Shown piece after piece: positions 15,451 to 18,290 of a stretch of DNA of 18,290 nt (position 1 is its first letter; every line of letters begins with the position of its first letter). The stretch is from Candidatus Heimdallarchaeota archaeon (lineage in GTDB: Archaea > Asgardarchaeota > Heimdallarchaeia > Heimdallarchaeales > Heimdallarchaeaceae), in contig DAOVET010000047.1 in the NCBI GenBank assembly GCA_030668825.1, positions 1 through 18,290 of the forward strand, in the 5' to 3' direction. The notes under the pieces were generated by a model. The model was given only the letters and a program-made list of their open reading frames with translations. It did no database searches and had not been told where the DNA came from. The translations under genes and the position numbers were made by a program.

Positions 15451-15868
15451 AACTAACATAATCTGCGTATTCCTCAAGTTCTTTGAAATAATCTTCTGAT
15501 GTAAAGATATATTCATTTGAGTTATTAATATCTCGAATAATTTGTAAGAGATCCTGAAGAGATAAAATTCCATTAGTAATTAATAAATCGAAATTTACAA
15601 TTAAACAGACAGCATTTTTCAAAACACTTAATGTATCAAATAAAGTGTTTCTAACATTGATCACTGCCTCATTAGAGTCAATTATTACATATGGGATAGA
15701 GTCTTCTAGCTCTAAATCTGGAATCCAAGTAAAAGAATTATCAATAATGATTACTGATACAGGTTTTGAGTGCCCTTTTGCTCTTAAAATTGATCCTAAT
15801 CCAGTATGAAAAGCTCCTTCTCTCACACCAAAATAGTAATGGGTTAAGTAAAGATCAGTCATAAACAT
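15434..15868 (-). CDS. Degenerate BtuR/CobO (cob(I)alamin adenosyltransferase)-like protein lacking the P-loop
   Basis: LTHYYFG....FHTGLGSILRAKGHSKPV and GILSLQDLLQII..EYIFTS....EL.EYADYVSSI resemble the BtuR N- and C-terminal motifs by eye. Confidence 0.6.
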   Translation of the reverse strand: MFMTDLYLTHYYFGVREGAFHTGLGSILRAKGHSKPVSVIIIDNSFTWIPDLELEDSIPYVIIDSNEAVINVRNTLFDTLSVLKNAVCLIVNFDLLITNGILSLQDLLQIIRDINNSNEYIFTSEDYFKELEEYADYVSSIQEL

Positions 15869-15875
15869 CTACTTA

Positions 15876-17282
15876 CTAATTAGATTGACTTTGTAATTTT
15901 GCCAAGTATCGCTTGTATCCATCTAGAGTGTCTTCAACTCTCAACATATGCCTTTCTGCTTTAATTCGTAGTTCTTGCCATTCCTCTTCATCAATTTTCT
16001 CCGAATTTAGAGCATGTTCTAATTGTTGGATTCTCTCTACGGCCTTTTGTCTTCGTGTTCCGAGGTGTTTGATAACATTCTCAATATCTTCGAATTGAAC
16101 AGGAGTTTTATCTGTTTCTCCAGCTTCTGCTTCAATAATTTTAGTTAATGCAGATTTCTCTTCTGTTTCGAAATCTTTTTCCTTGGATACATGTGCTATT
16201 GTTTCCTTTATCGAAGATACAAAATCAGCAGCTGTTTTGCTCTTCTGGGGTGTCGATAAAACTTTATTTAATCTAGATATAGAAGAACGAAATTCATGGA
16301 CTTCAGCAATTTCTTTCTTACTTAATCCTTCTTCACTTATCACGCTTTCTTCAATAGAGGGGGTGCTCGGAAGGGTAGTTTCTCCTTCTTCATCACTAAT
16401 TGATATTAATTTTTCTGTTAATGGAGAAATAATTGAATCATCTCCTGGATCCAAAGCAGATAACAAACCTGCTAACTCTTTCAAAGCTTCTTGTTCTGTT
16501 TCTATATTTTGCATAAAGGGTTCTTGCTCAAAATCATATTGGGAAGCAAGTTCAATGCCCTCAATCAGGTCTTTAGCATCATCCATCAAATCCTTTTCAG
16601 GTTGCTCAGTTATCTCTGAAATATCATCCAAAGGAGCAGAATCCACAGGTACAGAATCCAATTCAACTTCTTCAATAATTTCTTGTTCTTTAATTTCCTC
16701 GACTTCAGGCTTTTCTGTTTCAGCTTCAATCAGTTCTTCAAAAACTTGAACACCAGAATCGTCTTGGTTTTTTTCCTCGTTTACCTTTATAGGAATCTGT
16801 TTTGAAGGTTCAATTTCTGTAATCTGAATATTACTTCTTTGGAGCTGTAACAAGGCTGCTGTTTGTTGTTTCAGATTTTTTGTCTCTTCACGAATAGAAT
16901 TAATGTTAAGCTCTAACGTTTCAAGTTTTGCATTAATGAACTGTAATGTATCATTTTCAGTACCACTGAATCTATGATATTCTATTTGTAACATATTTGC
17001 ATATGTGATTACATTGTAAACTGTATCAATCATTTCAGGTAATTCTCTAAACCAAGGTCCTGCACTGTCGAACTTCAGAAGAATGTCCTTAGCGGTTGAA
17101 AAATGTTTTTCGTACTCTTTTTGTTGCTCTGGAGGTAAACAAGTTTTAACATATGAGGAAAGAGTGGCCAGATTTGTTATAAGATGTGTTTTAACATCCT
17201 CCTCTTCTTCTGGGTTGAACTTACCTTTTAGAACACCCCAAAACATCGTTTTAATTTCTTCAATTGCTTTCTCTAGGCTCAT
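15876..17282 (-). CDS. Hypothetical acidic protein with coiled coils
   Basis: 468-aa ORF: helical N-terminal domain, heptad-like stretch at about aa 115-150, long E/D-rich middle, C-terminal helical hairpin; 2-nt and 7-nt gaps to its neighbours. Confidence 0.8.
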   Translation of the reverse strand: MSLEKAIEEIKTMFWGVLKGKFNPEEEEDVKTHLITNLATLSSYVKTCLPPEQQKEYEKHFSTAKDILLKFDSAGPWFRELPEMIDTVYNVITYANMLQIEYHRFSGTENDTLQFINAKLETLELNINSIREETKNLKQQTAALLQLQRSNIQITEIEPSKQIPIKVNEEKNQDDSGVQVFEELIEAETEKPEVEEIKEQEIIEEVELDSVPVDSAPLDDISEITEQPEKDLMDDAKDLIEGIELASQYDFEQEPFMQNIETEQEALKELAGLLSALDPGDDSIISPLTEKLISISDEEGETTLPSTPSIEESVISEEGLSKKEIAEVHEFRSSISRLNKVLSTPQKSKTAADFVSSIKETIAHVSKEKDFETEEKSALTKIIEAEAGETDKTPVQFEDIENVIKHLGTRRQKAVERIQQLEHALNSEKIDEEEWQELRIKAERHMLRVEDTLDGYKRYLAKLQSQSN

Positions 17283-17284
17283 TT

Positions 17285-18289
17285 TTAAAACCCTAAATTA
17301 ATTGTTCTTCGTTTAGTGAAATCATGAGGTAATGAAGGCTCTAAATAAACTTTATCGATTTTTAAATCATCCTTCAGTTGAATAGTAACATCAAGTTTTT
17401 CTTTCGAATCAATGTTCCAGAAATATAGAGATGGCTTTATCCCTGATCGAGAATACTCACTTAATATAGAAAATGAACTTACCAGATGTTGATACTCAGG
17501 ACTTTTTTTAGCAGGAAAAGATTCACTCCATGGATTTACATGGATGATTATATTGTTTGTAATCTTTGCTAATTCTGTGATATTTTGACCAAAGAACTCA
17601 TTGGCTCCAGTAATAAAACCAGTTTCTTTATCAGCTTTTATTACAAAAGAAATATCGATGTTCTTTATGCTTTTCACAGTATCTGTAATTTCTTTTAATG
17701 TTTGATTAATGTAGGTAGACCTTTCATCATTCCAATTTCCCATCAAGTCTCTGGATTCAAGATATTCAAAACTGAAATCTCTTTCAATATTCCACTTGCT
17801 CGCAAATAATCTTCTGCATCTATCACAGAAACAAGTTCTTTTGCTTGCCAACATCAAATCGTCTAATACCAAACTTTCTATTGGGTAATGAGCTATTTCT
17901 GATGCTATAGCTGCTGAATATTTTACCAAATTTTCTTGGCTTGGACAAGAATATGAAGTAATAGTAGCCCCATCGCTACTACTTAGTTGAAAATCAGTGT
18001 TTTGAGAAAGAAAATTATCTCCATGAACATAAGTAACCGCATCCACTTTTATGCCCATATTGTCTGCAATTGTACAAAATGAATGAAAGAAGACACCGTT
18101 TGTTTTATCTTTTGGAGCACTATTGCTTTGGTAGAAAGTATAACCAGATCTTCCTTTTGCAACTAATGATATGGCATCCACCATATGTCCATAATGATCT
18201 AAAAAATCATCAGGATTTGTCTGAATGACTGTTGGATCAATAACCAATATCGCTCCGCTCTTTAGTATTTCCTGAAGTATATCTGACAC
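17285..18289 (-). CDS. Glycoside-hydrolase-like TIM-barrel protein (GHL10/DUF187-like); may be 5'-truncated
   Basis: SCPS..LVKY...IASEIA.YPIESLVLDD followed by CFCDRCRRLF resembles the 'CP..P...Y....E.....DG..lD' plus CxCxxC pattern of GHL/GH42-like barrels. The ORF begins at the window edge. Confidence 0.55.
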   Translation of the reverse strand: MSDILQEILKSGAILVIDPTVIQTNPDDFLDHYGHMVDAISLVAKGRSGYTFYQSNSAPKDKTNGVFFHSFCTIADNMGIKVDAVTYVHGDNFLSQNTDFQLSSSDGATITSYSCPSQENLVKYSAAIASEIAHYPIESLVLDDLMLASKRTCFCDRCRRLFASKWNIERDFSFEYLESRDLMGNWNDERSTYINQTLKEITDTVKSIKNIDISFVIKADKETGFITGANEFFGQNITELAKITNNIIIHVNPWSESFPAKKSPEYQHLVSSFSILSEYSRSGIKPSLYFWNIDSKEKLDVTIQLKDDLKIDKVYLEPSLPHDFTKRRTINLGF

Positions 18290-18290
18290 T

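Noticed and set aside
15913-17301. Plus-strand ORFs 15913..16098, 16183..16749 and 17083..17301
   Set aside because: Ser-rich antisense reading of the Glu-rich 468-aa gene.

Overview
AT-rich archaeal window, probably an Asgard archaeon (inferred from a Roadblock-like gene, a DCPGH-type eIF2-gamma and archaeal informational genes). The left third is housekeeping: a partial Roadblock/LC7 gene, tpiA, an RHH-like protein, the minus-strand rpoE'-spt4-DUF359-rps24e-rps27ae operon (rps27ae is missing from the ORF track) and a divergently oriented eIF2-gamma/PIN pair. The centre (5698-14626) is a seven-gene tricarboxylate cluster: an HD-domain protein; a beta-decarboxylating dehydrogenase with a homoisocitrate-DH-like pocket but NADP-type signatures; a LeuC/LeuD pair with a rewired active site; a canonical fused LeuC-LeuD aconitase; a SucC-like ATP-grasp subunit; and a SucD::citryl-CoA-lyase fusion whose lyase domain is citrate-synthase-sized. 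No LeuA/homocitrate synthase is present, so this may be an undescribed ATP-dependent (homo)citrate cleavage or synthesis pathway. The right end has a Trm5-family methyltransferase and a convergent three-gene operon (GH-like TIM barrel, acidic coiled-coil protein, P-loop-dead BtuR/CobO homologue). No tRNA, rRNA, CRISPR array or mobile element was seen. Reference motifs are quoted from memory and no searches were run.
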